From assembly GCA_002457155.1 (NCBI GenBank), contig NTJS01000001.1, positions 69,354 to 133,353 on the forward strand: a stretch of DNA of 64,000 nt. The letters are read 5' to 3'. A program made the translations under genes and the position numbers. Of the stretch, positions 38,453-48,510 are shown piece after piece. This DNA is from Marine Group II euryarchaeote MED-G35 (GTDB taxonomy: Archaea; Thermoplasmatota; Poseidoniia; Poseidoniales; Thalassarchaeaceae). The notes under the pieces were generated by a model. The model did not search any database and had not been told where the DNA came from. It saw only the letters and a program-made list of their open reading frames with translations. Position 1 is the first letter of the stretch. Each line of letters starts with the position of its first letter.

Positions 38453-39406
38453 GTGCCCGAAGACCCCTATCGAACGTTGGACGTCTCAAAGGATGCTTCA
38501 GATGCAGAGATAAAGCGGGCATATCGTAAGCTAGCTAGGCAATACCATCCAGATAGGAACCCAGGAGATGCTGCAGCAGAAGAGCGATTCAAGGCAATTC
38601 AATCCGCATATGAGTCGATTGGAACTGCTGAAGGTAGGAGTCAGCACGACCAGCAGAGACGAATGGAAGAGATGTTCCAAGGAGGGAGGAATCGATCCCC
38701 GTTTGGAGGAGTGGATCTGGGAGATATTTTCTCACAATTTATGGGTGGCAGAGGTAGTCAGAGTCCTGGATCCGACTCTGGTTTTGGAGGCACTAGGAGA
38801 GGACCCAGCCCGAGACAGCAGGTTTCCAAAGGCACCGATATTCAAGCCGGTCTCGACATATCCCTTGATCAAGCAATTAGCGGTACAGAAGTCAAATTTA
38901 GCCACCGAAGAATGCGGAGGTGTTCGGATTGCAATGGTTCCAGCTTTGGCTCATCCAGGGGATGTTCTATTTGCAGAGGAACCGGAGTCATCACGAAGGG
39001 GAGCACCATTACCGTACGAGTGCCCAAAGGAGCTGAGCACGGTCACTTGCTCCGTCTCAAGGGAATGGGGCACGAGCACCCAGAGGGAGATTCAGGAGAC
39101 CTACTTATCACAGTTCGACTCGATGCCGAGGAGGGCCGCCGATGGGAGGACGGCCGACTAATACAAGAAGTCCGACTCCCTTACACAATGCTAGCCCTTG
39201 GGGGCAAAGTGAGAATTAAGACGCCATCTGGAAAGAGACTGCAGATAGAGGTCCCAAGTGGAACTAGAATTGGCGATAGAAGACGTCTGCAAGGCCAAGG
39301 ACACGACGGCGGGGCATTGGACGTGGAGTTCACTTTGGCCGAACCCGAGAAACTTACCAAGTCACAGGTAGAAGCACTGAAATCTCTCAAAGACAGTGGC
39401 TTGTAG
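38453..39406 (+). CDS. DnaJ-class co-chaperone (J domain, one Zn finger, C-terminal domain)
   Basis: DPYRTLDV..IKRAYRKLARQYHPD; CSDC..CSICRGTG; GDLLITV. Confidence 0.92.
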   Translation: MPEDPYRTLDVSKDASDAEIKRAYRKLARQYHPDRNPGDAAAEERFKAIQSAYESIGTAEGRSQHDQQRRMEEMFQGGRNRSPFGGVDLGDIFSQFMGGRGSQSPGSDSGFGGTRRGPSPRQQVSKGTDIQAGLDISLDQAISGTEVKFSHRRMRRCSDCNGSSFGSSRGCSICRGTGVITKGSTITVRVPKGAEHGHLLRLKGMGHEHPEGDSGDLLITVRLDAEEGRRWEDGRLIQEVRLPYTMLALGGKVRIKTPSGKRLQIEVPSGTRIGDRRRLQGQGHDGGALDVEFTLAEPEKLTKSQVEALKSLKDSGL

Positions 39407-39448
39407 CGGACACAATCAGTCAAATATTGAATTGCCTGCGATTGGACC

Positions 39449-42400
39449 GTGAGAGACTTCGAGAGTCTAGCCGACTACTTGATACCACGTCGGAAAAAGG
39501 TCCACTTCGCCTTAATAGTGGTCTCAATATTCATGATTCCCGGGATAATCGCTTCTTCCGAACCTATTGATATTGAGTCCTATGACATGGAGTCCCCAGA
39601 GCTAGAGGCCAATCAAGTTCTGAGGGAAGAATTCACCGCAGCAGGAAACATCTGGGGCTTCGGAATATTTGTTAGAAACCCGGAATACTTCGGTGAGTCC
39701 GAATCAGACGTCACGATGATTGCCGATTTTCCTGGAGTCAAGGAGGGAATCTCTGAACCGAAGGGGGGGATTCTGAATCTAACCGTCCTCAGAGAGATCG
39801 ATCATGATGCAAGTACGTTGAGAGAGAGTGAGATTTCAGAATTCTATCTCCCTCTGGCATCTGAGATTTCTGGGGATTCAGCATTTGGGATTCTAGACTT
39901 GGCAACTGAATTCCGGACCTTTATGGCCAATGAGTCCTCTTTGACCGCACCTAGGATTAATCCATACAAGCTTGCAGCTACTCTTGACATAAATGCATCA
40001 ACTGACCCGGCTCCAACCAATTGGGACAACTGTGGGGATTTGGATTGTCTCTCATTCGATGACCCGAACGTGACACAAGATCACATAGACTTAGCAGCCC
40101 ATAGAATGGCAAACAACAGCAATGGCGCCTTTCTCAGGTTCCTGTCTAACGACCGCGCTTTCCTGCCGGATGAAATGGGAGTCGTAGTTGGGCCAGTCGA
40201 CCATGAATTCTCTGAAAGTGGCTCATTGGTTTCTGAAAAATGGCAAAGAGGCAGATGGTCAGCATCAGCGGCTTGGATAATAATCAACTTCGATAGAGAC
40301 GAAATGCAGCAGAATGGCTGGACCTTCACTTGGAAGAATGCCAGCTCGGAGTTCGGCTACGAGTGGAACGGACTCGATTTGGAGACAAAGCCGATCCGGA
40401 ACTCGGTCGAGGTTTGCAGGCAGAGGGAGGAGCTCGGACAACCTCTGTGTTCCGTCGAGTGGCTTTATCTCTCTCTAGAGGAGGATCTCAGGGAGAGTGA
40501 CGAAACGATCGTATCTCTAATGTTCGCTGAGTCAATAAACGTCGAAATTAACCGAGAACTAATCTCTAGCGCAATTCTGATTTTATTGATGGTATTTTCC
40601 ATATTGATACTTCTCTGGGCCAGTCTGAGGAGAGTCTCAGACGTAGGCATAGTCGCCACCAGCCTAGCCCTATCGCTAGTCTGGATGTATGGATTGATCG
40701 GTTGGGCAATCATCATCGGGAAGTGGTCCGGGAATGAGATTATTTTCCGGTCACAATTCTCAAACCTACTGCCAATACTGATACTGGCTCTGGAAATTGA
40801 TGACAGCCTACATAGTCTTCACAGATACAAGGAGGAACGTAGATCAGGGGCAAATTCAGAACAGGCGGTACGCAAGGCAATTAGCAAAGTCGGACTAGCC
40901 ATCATGCTCACATCCGTCACTACAATCGTCGCCTTCATGGCTAACATGACATCGAGTATCGCAGCACTCAGATCGTTCGGAATAGAGGCGGGAATTGGCG
41001 TATTCTGCGCCTTCTTCCTAACAGGCCTATGGGTGCCTCTAGCCAGACTCGACATCGACCTCTGGCTGGAATCTAGAGGCAGGTTGGATGAAGAGCGCAA
41101 GGATATAATCCACATGATCCCCAGCTCTTGGTTATCCTTTGTATCCACACAGGCTGCAAGGTTCGCCCCAGCGATTGTCATTGTTTCACTACTCATCACA
41201 GCACTCGCGACTCCCATCATGCTGTCTCTGGAGGGTGACTTCCAGGTTGAAGACTTCATTGAAGCAGATTCGGACCTAGCAGTCGGAGTCGGCCTCATCA
41301 ATGAGCGCTTCAGTGACGAAGGCGAACCCGCCTACATCTTGATTGAGGGCAATATCTCAAACCCTCTCGTCCTCGAAGCGATTGATGAACTCCGTAGGAA
41401 TATGAATTCCCACGGACCCGATGACCCAGATCAGATTTCCAGAATGCCCAATGGAGAGGTTGAACTAATCGGGGTCGATTTGATGCTCTGGTACACCAGA
41501 GGTGCAATGGCATGGAACCAGACACCATTCGAAGAAGCCGGATGGGATTTCAATTCCAACGACGGAGGCATTGGATGCAAGACTATTCTAGTTCCAAATA
41601 GAGAGATGGAACTCATTTCCGTCCCTTCTATTGACGACAGCAAGTGCCTATCCTTCCTGTATGGATTCATGTTGACTAGAGGTGTCCCAGCCAGTGGTGG
41701 TTATCCCGCTCTCTCGACCAGCATCGTAGGAGAGTTCATCCAGGTGGAAGGTGAGATTGATTTCCAAAGACCTTGGTTGACAATTTCGGGCGATGAACCC
41801 AGATTTCCCAGAACCTCACTACGCTTCGGAATTTCAAGCCCTGAGCAGTTTGCCCTTGTCGAACCTGCCCTGAAACAGTTGGAAGAGGATCTATTACCGA
41901 TCCAGAACCTCTCTGTGACTCCAAATAGAGAAAGAGGAGATTTGCAATCAGCATTTGAAGATCCAGAACACCCAATTACGTGGGCACTGCCAACGGGTGA
42001 ACCCGTTATCAGATTCGTCGCTGCCGACTCCATGCAGGATGACCTCCAGGATACGCTTCTGCTAGGCTTAGTATTCTGTATCATGGCACTTTGGTGGGGC
42101 TTCCGGGAGGTTCCACCTGTGTCGACAAGATTGAGGGAAGTGAGTAGGAAACCACTGCAAATTGTACCAAGAATAATGCTTAATGTGGCACTGATGTCAG
42201 TGATCTCATATTTCCTAGCAGGTGCCAATTATGCGATCCTTTTCGCCATACTAGCCGTGTTCTTCTCAATTCTGTGGGGAACTAGGCCCCTCATTCTAGC
42301 AACGATTACCACTGCTCCAATATTCCTGATGATTGTTTGGTTGTATGCAATCGTGGGAATTGCGGGATACGGCCTCAACATGGTTACGGTTTCAATTGCA

Positions 42401-42727
42401 GCAATTTCTCTAGGTGTTGGAATTGACTACGTAATACACATCATTGAACGTTTCAGAGAGGAGAAGGAGAAGGGGGTCAGCACAATGAAATCGATTGAGG
42501 CGGTAGGTGGGGCTTCGGGCATCGCACTCTTTGGTTCGGCTGTTTCCGACATTACTGGATTTGCGATTATTAACCAGTCAGAAATGGGTTTCTTCTCCAC
42601 ATTTGGACTATTTTGCGCGATAATGATCGGGCTCTCACTTGTTGCAAGTTTGGTCCTCGCTCCAGCAGCGCTGGGTCTAGCATACAGAGATGAGATTTCG
42701 ACAATGGCAGAAGAGGCAACCGTCTGA
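39449..42727 (+). CDS. MMPL/RND family transporter
   Basis: Two TM blocks: ILALEIDDSLHSLHRYKEE..LTSVTT; SLGVGIDYVIHIIERFREE; two large extracytoplasmic domains. Confidence 0.9.
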   Translation: MRDFESLADYLIPRRKKVHFALIVVSIFMIPGIIASSEPIDIESYDMESPELEANQVLREEFTAAGNIWGFGIFVRNPEYFGESESDVTMIADFPGVKEGISEPKGGILNLTVLREIDHDASTLRESEISEFYLPLASEISGDSAFGILDLATEFRTFMANESSLTAPRINPYKLAATLDINASTDPAPTNWDNCGDLDCLSFDDPNVTQDHIDLAAHRMANNSNGAFLRFLSNDRAFLPDEMGVVVGPVDHEFSESGSLVSEKWQRGRWSASAAWIIINFDRDEMQQNGWTFTWKNASSEFGYEWNGLDLETKPIRNSVEVCRQREELGQPLCSVEWLYLSLEEDLRESDETIVSLMFAESINVEINRELISSAILILLMVFSILILLWASLRRVSDVGIVATSLALSLVWMYGLIGWAIIIGKWSGNEIIFRSQFSNLLPILILALEIDDSLHSLHRYKEERRSGANSEQAVRKAISKVGLAIMLTSVTTIVAFMANMTSSIAALRSFGIEAGIGVFCAFFLTGLWVPLARLDIDLWLESRGRLDEERKDIIHMIPSSWLSFVSTQAARFAPAIVIVSLLITALATPIMLSLEGDFQVEDFIEADSDLAVGVGLINERFSDEGEPAYILIEGNISNPLVLEAIDELRRNMNSHGPDDPDQISRMPNGEVELIGVDLMLWYTRGAMAWNQTPFEEAGWDFNSNDGGIGCKTILVPNREMELISVPSIDDSKCLSFLYGFMLTRGVPASGGYPALSTSIVGEFIQVEGEIDFQRPWLTISGDEPRFPRTSLRFGISSPEQFALVEPALKQLEEDLLPIQNLSVTPNRERGDLQSAFEDPEHPITWALPTGEPVIRFVAADSMQDDLQDTLLLGLVFCIMALWWGFREVPPVSTRLREVSRKPLQIVPRIMLNVALMSVISYFLAGANYAILFAILAVFFSILWGTRPLILATITTAPIFLMIVWLYAIVGIAGYGLNMVTVSIAAISLGVGIDYVIHIIERFREEKEKGVSTMKSIEAVGGASGIALFGSAVSDITGFAIINQSEMGFFSTFGLFCAIMIGLSLVASLVLAPAALGLAYRDEISTMAEEATV

Positions 42728-42731
42728 GAGA

Positions 42732-44132
42732 TTAGATCTTCAGATCTCTCCAGGCTCCCAGAGTATCGCTCAAGGCCGATTCTAGTTCCGGATGGAGGAA
42801 TTCATAACCCTCTTCTATCAATCTGTTAGGCATTACCTTCTGACTCTCCAAGGTGAGCGTTACTCCCATTTCTCCGAATAGAATTCTGACAATGAAACCC
42901 GGAAGCGGAGCGAAGGCAGGGCGCTTCAAGACCTTGCCCAACGTCTTTGCGAAACCCTTCTGTCTAGAAGGATTGGGCGCAGTAAGATTGTACACCCCAT
43001 GAGAATCGCTACTCATCAGAAGGTGGTGTATTGCATATATTTCATCATCCAGGGATATCCAAGACATCCACTGATTGCCACCTGCCATTGGTCCGCCCGC
43101 ACCCATTTTGAATGGAAACAGCATTTTCCCCAGAGCACCTCCTGTCCCAGATAGAACGATCCCACTTCGAATGAATACCGTCCTTATCCCCGAGTCCCTC
43201 GCTCGTGTTGCAGCAGCCTCCCATTCCTTGCAAATGCTGGGAAGGAAACCCTCTCCCGGATCACTTTCTTCATCCAATTCCTCGTCTCCTCGATCTCCAT
43301 ACCAACCAATAGCACTAGCTAGAATGAAAACCTCCGGTTTTTGCTCCAATTTGCTAATTGCTGAACTCAGGAGAGTCGTGCTGTCTACACGAGAGTCTCG
43401 AACAATCTTCTTTCGCTTCTTGCTCCATCTCTTGTCGCCAATCCCCTCGCCTCCGAGATGTATTATCGCATCAAAACCCTCCAGAACTCCTTCATCCATG
43501 GCTCCTGATGAAGGATCCCATTGCAGTTCCTTAGCATCATCTCTCACCGGCCTCCTAACCAACCTCCAGACCTCATGGTCTCCGGTATCTAGGAATGCTA
43601 CCAGTTGAGTGCCAATCATCCCCGAAGAACCCGCAACAAGTATCCGTTTCCTCCCGACTTCGGAGAACTTAGCATGCTGCGCCATGTCCCTCTGTAATCT
43701 CAACTCCCTAGCAGTGAACATCTGGGCCAGCCTCCTCCTGACAAGTCTACCTCCAAGAATTCTGTCAGCTAGATTTCCCAATGGCCCAAATGGAACCTGG
43801 TACGTCACTTCGTCAACAACTTTCGTCACCCCATCTTCCTCGATTAGATGGTGATCGTGACTCCACGACCAGAATGGCCCCCTCACCATCTTATCGGAAA
43901 AGAAATGCGGGGGTTCGTAGCCAGTATGCTCTGCCACCCATGTCATTTTGATTGGACCCATGGGGAATCTGAATACCCTCTGAGAACCAACCTCCAGAGA
44001 TTCATCAGCCCGAACCTCCTCAGCCACTTCCCAAGGTGGCATTAGTCTGCGAAACGAACCCTCATGCTCAAACCAAGCGAAGGTTGACTCAGCATCGGCT
44101 TCTACGACAGTCTCGTGTTTGTAGTTGTACAT
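42732..44132 (-). CDS. SRPBCC + TIGR01777 NAD-dependent epimerase fusion
   Basis: RLMPPW..WVAEH..GPF..W.HDH; VAGSSGMIG, SAIGWYG, GNQWMSWISLDD. Confidence 0.9.
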   Translation of the reverse strand: MYNYKHETVVEADAESTFAWFEHEGSFRRLMPPWEVAEEVRADESLEVGSQRVFRFPMGPIKMTWVAEHTGYEPPHFFSDKMVRGPFWSWSHDHHLIEEDGVTKVVDEVTYQVPFGPLGNLADRILGGRLVRRRLAQMFTARELRLQRDMAQHAKFSEVGRKRILVAGSSGMIGTQLVAFLDTGDHEVWRLVRRPVRDDAKELQWDPSSGAMDEGVLEGFDAIIHLGGEGIGDKRWSKKRKKIVRDSRVDSTTLLSSAISKLEQKPEVFILASAIGWYGDRGDEELDEESDPGEGFLPSICKEWEAAATRARDSGIRTVFIRSGIVLSGTGGALGKMLFPFKMGAGGPMAGGNQWMSWISLDDEIYAIHHLLMSSDSHGVYNLTAPNPSRQKGFAKTLGKVLKRPAFAPLPGFIVRILFGEMGVTLTLESQKVMPNRLIEEGYEFLHPELESALSDTLGAWRDLKI

Positions 44133-44285
44133 ACTAACTCCCCAGTGTCAGACAAACGTTGCTGGAAACTTACCTATTTCATTTTTCAGATATGGGATTT
44201 TCATCGTACGAAATACTCCTTTGCCATTCCAAATTGAAATACAATCATAGAGAAGACTTTGTTAGGCCTATTGAGAGGTACTGGC

Positions 44286-44609
44286 ATGTCAAGAGAATTG
44301 CTTATCGAATTAGAGAGGAGCGATGAGTATTGCATAATGAGATTTGCAGATGGAAACTCATTCAGAGTCAGTTACCTGAAAATACGTTCTAATTGTCGGT
44401 GCGCAAAATGCAAACCACGCCAGGAAAACGAGCAGAGAAGGTTAGAACTCGAAGAAGAGATATTGCGTTTGAGAATCGAAAAGCCAAAGGCCACCCCAGT
44501 AGGCCAATATGGGGTACAATTGGAATGGCCCTCTGGATGCTCTAGCGGAATCCATTCTTTCTCACATCTCAGAGAGGTTTGCGAATTACACGGCACCCCT
44601 GCTGATTAG
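44286..44609 (+). CDS. DUF971 / GBBH-like N-terminal domain protein
   Basis: IRSNCRCAKC, PVGQYGVQLEW..G.SSGIHSF..L. Confidence 0.85.
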   Translation: MSRELLIELERSDEYCIMRFADGNSFRVSYLKIRSNCRCAKCKPRQENEQRRLELEEEILRLRIEKPKATPVGQYGVQLEWPSGCSSGIHSFSHLREVCELHGTPAD

Positions 44610-44697
44610 CCCCCCATACGAAGGAATCAAATCCTCACTTCCACACCGACCCTTGTCGAAGCAGAGGGTCCTCCCCGGCGTTTCGGTGGCGATTTAC

Positions 44698-46128
44698 ATG
44701 CGAGATGGAGAACCGGAAGGTGATGGAGGCAAACTGGAAGATGTGGATGAGTGGCAACTCTATGCCTCAGCAGGATACGCCTCATCCGAACTAGAATCCG
44801 AAGAGATAGAGTCAGAAGAAGGCTCCTCGGAGGAGATATGGTTTGATGGCGATGACTTGGAATTCGAGGGCAGCACAGTGAATTGGGACTCTCCGCCTTG
44901 CCCCGCTCCTTTGGGTATAGCCCATGTGATCAAGATTGGAGTTTGTGACCATTGTTTAGCTCGAGTTTCAGGATTCCACTCCAAAGGATCTGGACCTGAT
45001 TCCGGCTCATCAATCAGGGAAGAGGCCTTCTTGAGGGATTCAGAATTGGAGTCAAAAATTTTCCAGGACTATTGCCCTCTATGTGAGAATCTATTCGACG
45101 ATATAGAAAATATCGTGGACAGAGTGTTCGAAACCCTTTCCAACACAGAGTTCTCGACGATGCAATTTGGAATTCATCTGCCAAAGGATCTCGTACAAGA
45201 GGAGGATCGAATCAGAAGCAAGTATGGAGCACCCGGGTCGTATCATCTCAAGGGGGCTATTGTAGAATCGATTCACGAGAGAATCAGGAGCCTCGATAAG
45301 AAAGTAGATTTCGTCAAGGAGAAACCAGATGTAATGGTTCTAGTTGACGGTTTGACGCTAAGGGTCGACGTAGATGTGAGGCCAATTTTCCTCTATGGGA
45401 GGTATAGGAAAATCTCACGTGGAATACCGCAAACACGTTGGCCTTGCCGGGCTTGTAGGGGGAGAGCTCAGGGTTGCGAATCCTGTGATGAGACAGGTCT
45501 TCAGTACACTGACTCGGTACAAGATTTGATTGGCGAGCCGATTAGGGATGCCCTTGACGCAGAGGACACATCATTCCATGGGATGGGAAGGGAAGACATC
45601 GATGTCAGGTGCCTTGGTTCAGGTCGTCCATTCGTCTTGGAAGTCAAGAAGCCGTCAAAGAGGACACTACCAGTCGAAGACTTGGTCGAGTTGGTAAAAG
45701 GACATGCTCGGGAGAAGGTTGAGGTCGACAGCTTTACCTGGTGCACAAGGAAGAAAGTCAACGAGGTAAAACAGTCTAGGTCAGAGAAGACCTACACGAT
45801 TAGATTCAGAGCAGAGGGCTCACTTGACAATGAAACCGCGGAAAAATCGATCCTATCGCTAGATGGTCAAGTAATCGATCAAGAAACACCACAGAGGGTA
45901 TCTCATAGGAGGGCTGCAAAGATAAGAAGAAGAAAAATCACTTCCATCGACAAAGTAAGCTTCGAAGGGGATGATGAGATAGAAATCACCCTGAGATGTG
46001 AAGCTGGAACCTACATCAAGGAACTGGTGCACTCTGACGAGGGCAGAACCACTCCATCCGTTCAAAGCGTTCTAGGAACGGATTGCGAAGTCATTTGGCT
46101 AGATGTGCTCGAGATTCACTCCGAATGA
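44698..46128 (+). CDS. pus10: tRNA pseudouridine(54/55) synthase Pus10
   Basis: CDHCLAR, CPLC, GRYRK..RGIPQTRWPC, GREDIDVR, GTYIKELVHSDEGRTTPS. Confidence 0.95.
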   Translation: MRDGEPEGDGGKLEDVDEWQLYASAGYASSELESEEIESEEGSSEEIWFDGDDLEFEGSTVNWDSPPCPAPLGIAHVIKIGVCDHCLARVSGFHSKGSGPDSGSSIREEAFLRDSELESKIFQDYCPLCENLFDDIENIVDRVFETLSNTEFSTMQFGIHLPKDLVQEEDRIRSKYGAPGSYHLKGAIVESIHERIRSLDKKVDFVKEKPDVMVLVDGLTLRVDVDVRPIFLYGRYRKISRGIPQTRWPCRACRGRAQGCESCDETGLQYTDSVQDLIGEPIRDALDAEDTSFHGMGREDIDVRCLGSGRPFVLEVKKPSKRTLPVEDLVELVKGHAREKVEVDSFTWCTRKKVNEVKQSRSEKTYTIRFRAEGSLDNETAEKSILSLDGQVIDQETPQRVSHRRAAKIRRRKITSIDKVSFEGDDEIEITLRCEAGTYIKELVHSDEGRTTPSVQSVLGTDCEVIWLDVLEIHSE

Positions 46129-46203
46129 GTGGGAAAATGACATCCGAGTCCTTAAGAACGCCCCACAGGTCGCCCGAATTCGCGATAATGGAGCAGTGAG
46201 AGC

Positions 46204-46497
46204 ATGGTCACTAGGACAAAGGGAACTAGACAGGGTACTAGAAGCATCCTCAGGAAGGACAAGAGGGAGCGTAGGAGACTGTTTATCAGCAGGTCGATGC
46301 ACACATATCAGGAAGGCGATAAGGTTGCGATTGTACTCGATGGTGCTCAGCAGAAGGGTATGCCTCACAGACGTTTCCAAGGAAGGACCGGCGTAATCTC
46401 AGGCTCTCAGGGAAGAGCGTTTGTGATTAGGGTCGCCGATGGCAATATGATGAAGACCGTGGTGGCCCGACCTGAACATCTCAGACCGATTGAGTAG
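46204..46497 (+). CDS. rpl21e: 50S ribosomal protein eL21
   Basis: KGMPHRRFQGRTG, RPEHL. Confidence 0.97.
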   Translation: MVTRTKGTRQGTRSILRKDKRERRRLFISRSMHTYQEGDKVAIVLDGAQQKGMPHRRFQGRTGVISGSQGRAFVIRVADGNMMKTVVARPEHLRPIE

Positions 46498-46869
46498 GTG
46501 AAAATAATGACTGAGAAAGAATTCGTTGACTTTGCTAGTGTTAGAGACAGGCTTCTGGAGGCAATCGAGAGGAGAGGAGAAATTTCCTACGAGCAGACGA
46601 TGGCACTACAACATGCGGAATGGAAGGCCAGCGCCAGTGGACACCCATCTGGGGACATCAAGACCGATCCAGCCGTCTACTCTACACTATTTGCCGCCTT
46701 GATGGAAAACGAGAAATTGAAGCAGTACCCCGAAGTTTCGTCAAAGATAGCCGAGCTCTCACCTCTCACAGTTTCTAATTTAAGAGTGATCATCGCTAGC
46801 AAGAGAATCGCAATGGACACCTCGGAAATAGAAGAAGTCATCACCGTGATCCGACAACATGTCCTATAG
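46498..46869 (+). CDS. rpoF: RNA polymerase subunit Rpo4 (RpoF)
   Basis: EISYEQTMALQHA, KIAELSP...LRVI; conserved position between rpl21e and DUF655. Confidence 0.85.
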   Translation: MKIMTEKEFVDFASVRDRLLEAIERRGEISYEQTMALQHAEWKASASGHPSGDIKTDPAVYSTLFAALMENEKLKQYPEVSSKIAELSPLTVSNLRVIIASKRIAMDTSEIEEVITVIRQHVL

Positions 46870-46931
46870 TGTTCAAAGCACTTCCAAACAACTCATTCAT
46901 GAGGGAGAACCATTCTGGAGAGTTGGAGATT

Positions 46932-47504
46932 ATGCAGCCCGAGGATTCCAAAGACCCCGACGAGGAGGGCAAAGACCCTTTCCACGGAGAGGCTAGGCTG
47001 AGGATTCTTGACATACAAGAAAGAAGACCAGTCGGCCATGAGATTCAATGCATTAGCGAACCATCTTTGTACCTGCTAAGAGCAAGAGTAAGCAACATAG
47101 ATGGAATATCAGTGGGGGAGACAATCGAAATTTCCTTGGAAAGCATCGGATCCCTCTCGGAAGTGCGACTCAAGGATCTCACCGGTACCTCGCAGCAAGA
47201 GCTAATCACTGGTCTTTCAAATTCAATTCAAGCAGACCCAGAAAGGCATATCTCATTTTACAACAGTGCAGGACCAATGTCCCTGAAATTCCACTCGTAC
47301 CAGTTATTATCCGGCATTGGAAACTCAAAGGCCATTCAGATGGTCCAAAAGAGGGGTATTGCGGGTTGGCAAACATTCGAAGATGTCGACGAGGCTTGTG
47401 GCATTGAGTCGATCAGACTCCTAGCAGAAAGGTACGTCAAGGAGATGGAGGATGTTGCACAGACTCCCCGCTTACTTGATTTGCTAGTCCGTACAGAGAA
47501 GTGA
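46932..47504 (+). CDS. DUF655 family nucleic-acid-binding protein
   Basis: FYNSAGPMSLKFHSYQLLSGIG; conserved synteny. Confidence 0.85.
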   Translation: MQPEDSKDPDEEGKDPFHGEARLRILDIQERRPVGHEIQCISEPSLYLLRARVSNIDGISVGETIEISLESIGSLSEVRLKDLTGTSQQELITGLSNSIQADPERHISFYNSAGPMSLKFHSYQLLSGIGNSKAIQMVQKRGIAGWQTFEDVDEACGIESIRLLAERYVKEMEDVAQTPRLLDLLVRTEK

Positions 47505-47505
47505 C

Positions 47506-48417
47506 ATGGAGCCGTTGGGGGGCCTCGATACTCGCCTTCTAGTCGACCTTCTCAGAGATCGGATAAGTCCCAGCAAATCGCTAGGTCAGCATTACTTGGT
47601 CGATGATGAGGTAATTGAGAGGACCATTCGTCTTACTGAAGAATTCGACTCCTCTCTTTCGGATGATTCCCACGTACTGGAGGTTGGTCCAGGGCCGGGG
47701 TCACTAACCCTAGCACTACTTCGAAGCGACTCAAACGTCACAGCAATAGAGATCGATAAGAGGTCTGTGGAACACCTGACGCGGGTATTCCTGGAAAGCA
47801 AAGAATCCCTGACTATTGAGCAAGCAGATGCAGTTTCAGAAAGATGGCCAAAAGGAATTACCCACGTTATCTCAAACCTTCCCTATCAAATCTCGAGTCC
47901 AATAGTTGACAGGATCACGAAATACCACTCCACGGAACCAATTCAACTCTCCATTCTCCTTGTCCAGGAGGAGTTCGCCCAGAGGATGGCGATGTTCTCC
48001 GCCCCATATGATATCGGCCCATTGGGGTTGAATCTATGGCTAGACTTCGATGTCTCCATGGATATGAAGGTCTCTCCAAGCTCATTCAGCCCATCCCCAC
48101 GCGTGCAATCCAGGCTCGTGGTGCTGAAGCCAGCAAGCAGACCGGAGGCAGATGGGATGAACAAGCAATTGTTCAGGATCATCACCAGGCACTGCTTCTC
48201 GAATCGAAGGAGGAAGATGAGGACCCTACTTTCCAAACCACCATCCAGAATCTCCAGAGTATCTGGATGGCACCGGGACAGATGGACGAAATCAGCATCA
48301 AAACTTCTCTCTTCCAACCACCCTGAGTTGGAAGATGGTTGGGCGGATCTAAGACCAGAGAATTTAGAGCCAATAGACTGGATCACGATTGTCGCGGCAA
48401 TCTCCTCAGATGGGTAA
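47506..48417 (+). CDS. rsmA: 16S rRNA adenine dimethyltransferase KsgA/Dim1
   Basis: KSLGQHYL, LEVGPGPGSLT, IEID, SNLPYQISS, FSPSPRVQS. Confidence 0.95.
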   Translation: MEPLGGLDTRLLVDLLRDRISPSKSLGQHYLVDDEVIERTIRLTEEFDSSLSDDSHVLEVGPGPGSLTLALLRSDSNVTAIEIDKRSVEHLTRVFLESKESLTIEQADAVSERWPKGITHVISNLPYQISSPIVDRITKYHSTEPIQLSILLVQEEFAQRMAMFSAPYDIGPLGLNLWLDFDVSMDMKVSPSSFSPSPRVQSRLVVLKPASRPEADGMNKQLFRIITRHCFSNRRRKMRTLLSKPPSRISRVSGWHRDRWTKSASKLLSSNHPELEDGWADLRPENLEPIDWITIVAAISSDG

Positions 48418-48510
48418 TTCTGGACAATTTGACATCGACTTGATAGAGGCCCCCCCCTTCCGAGGGTCAGCCTAGGTGGAGATGTTACCTGAGCCAATGG
48501 GAGGGATTTA

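Noticed and set aside
42732-44132. SRPBCC-TIGR01777 fusion
   Set aside because: Common architecture in bacteria; not novel
48418-48510. Short hairpins in the ksgA downstream spacer as a possible ncRNA
   Set aside because: Stems only 4-5 bp, with no recognisable family motif
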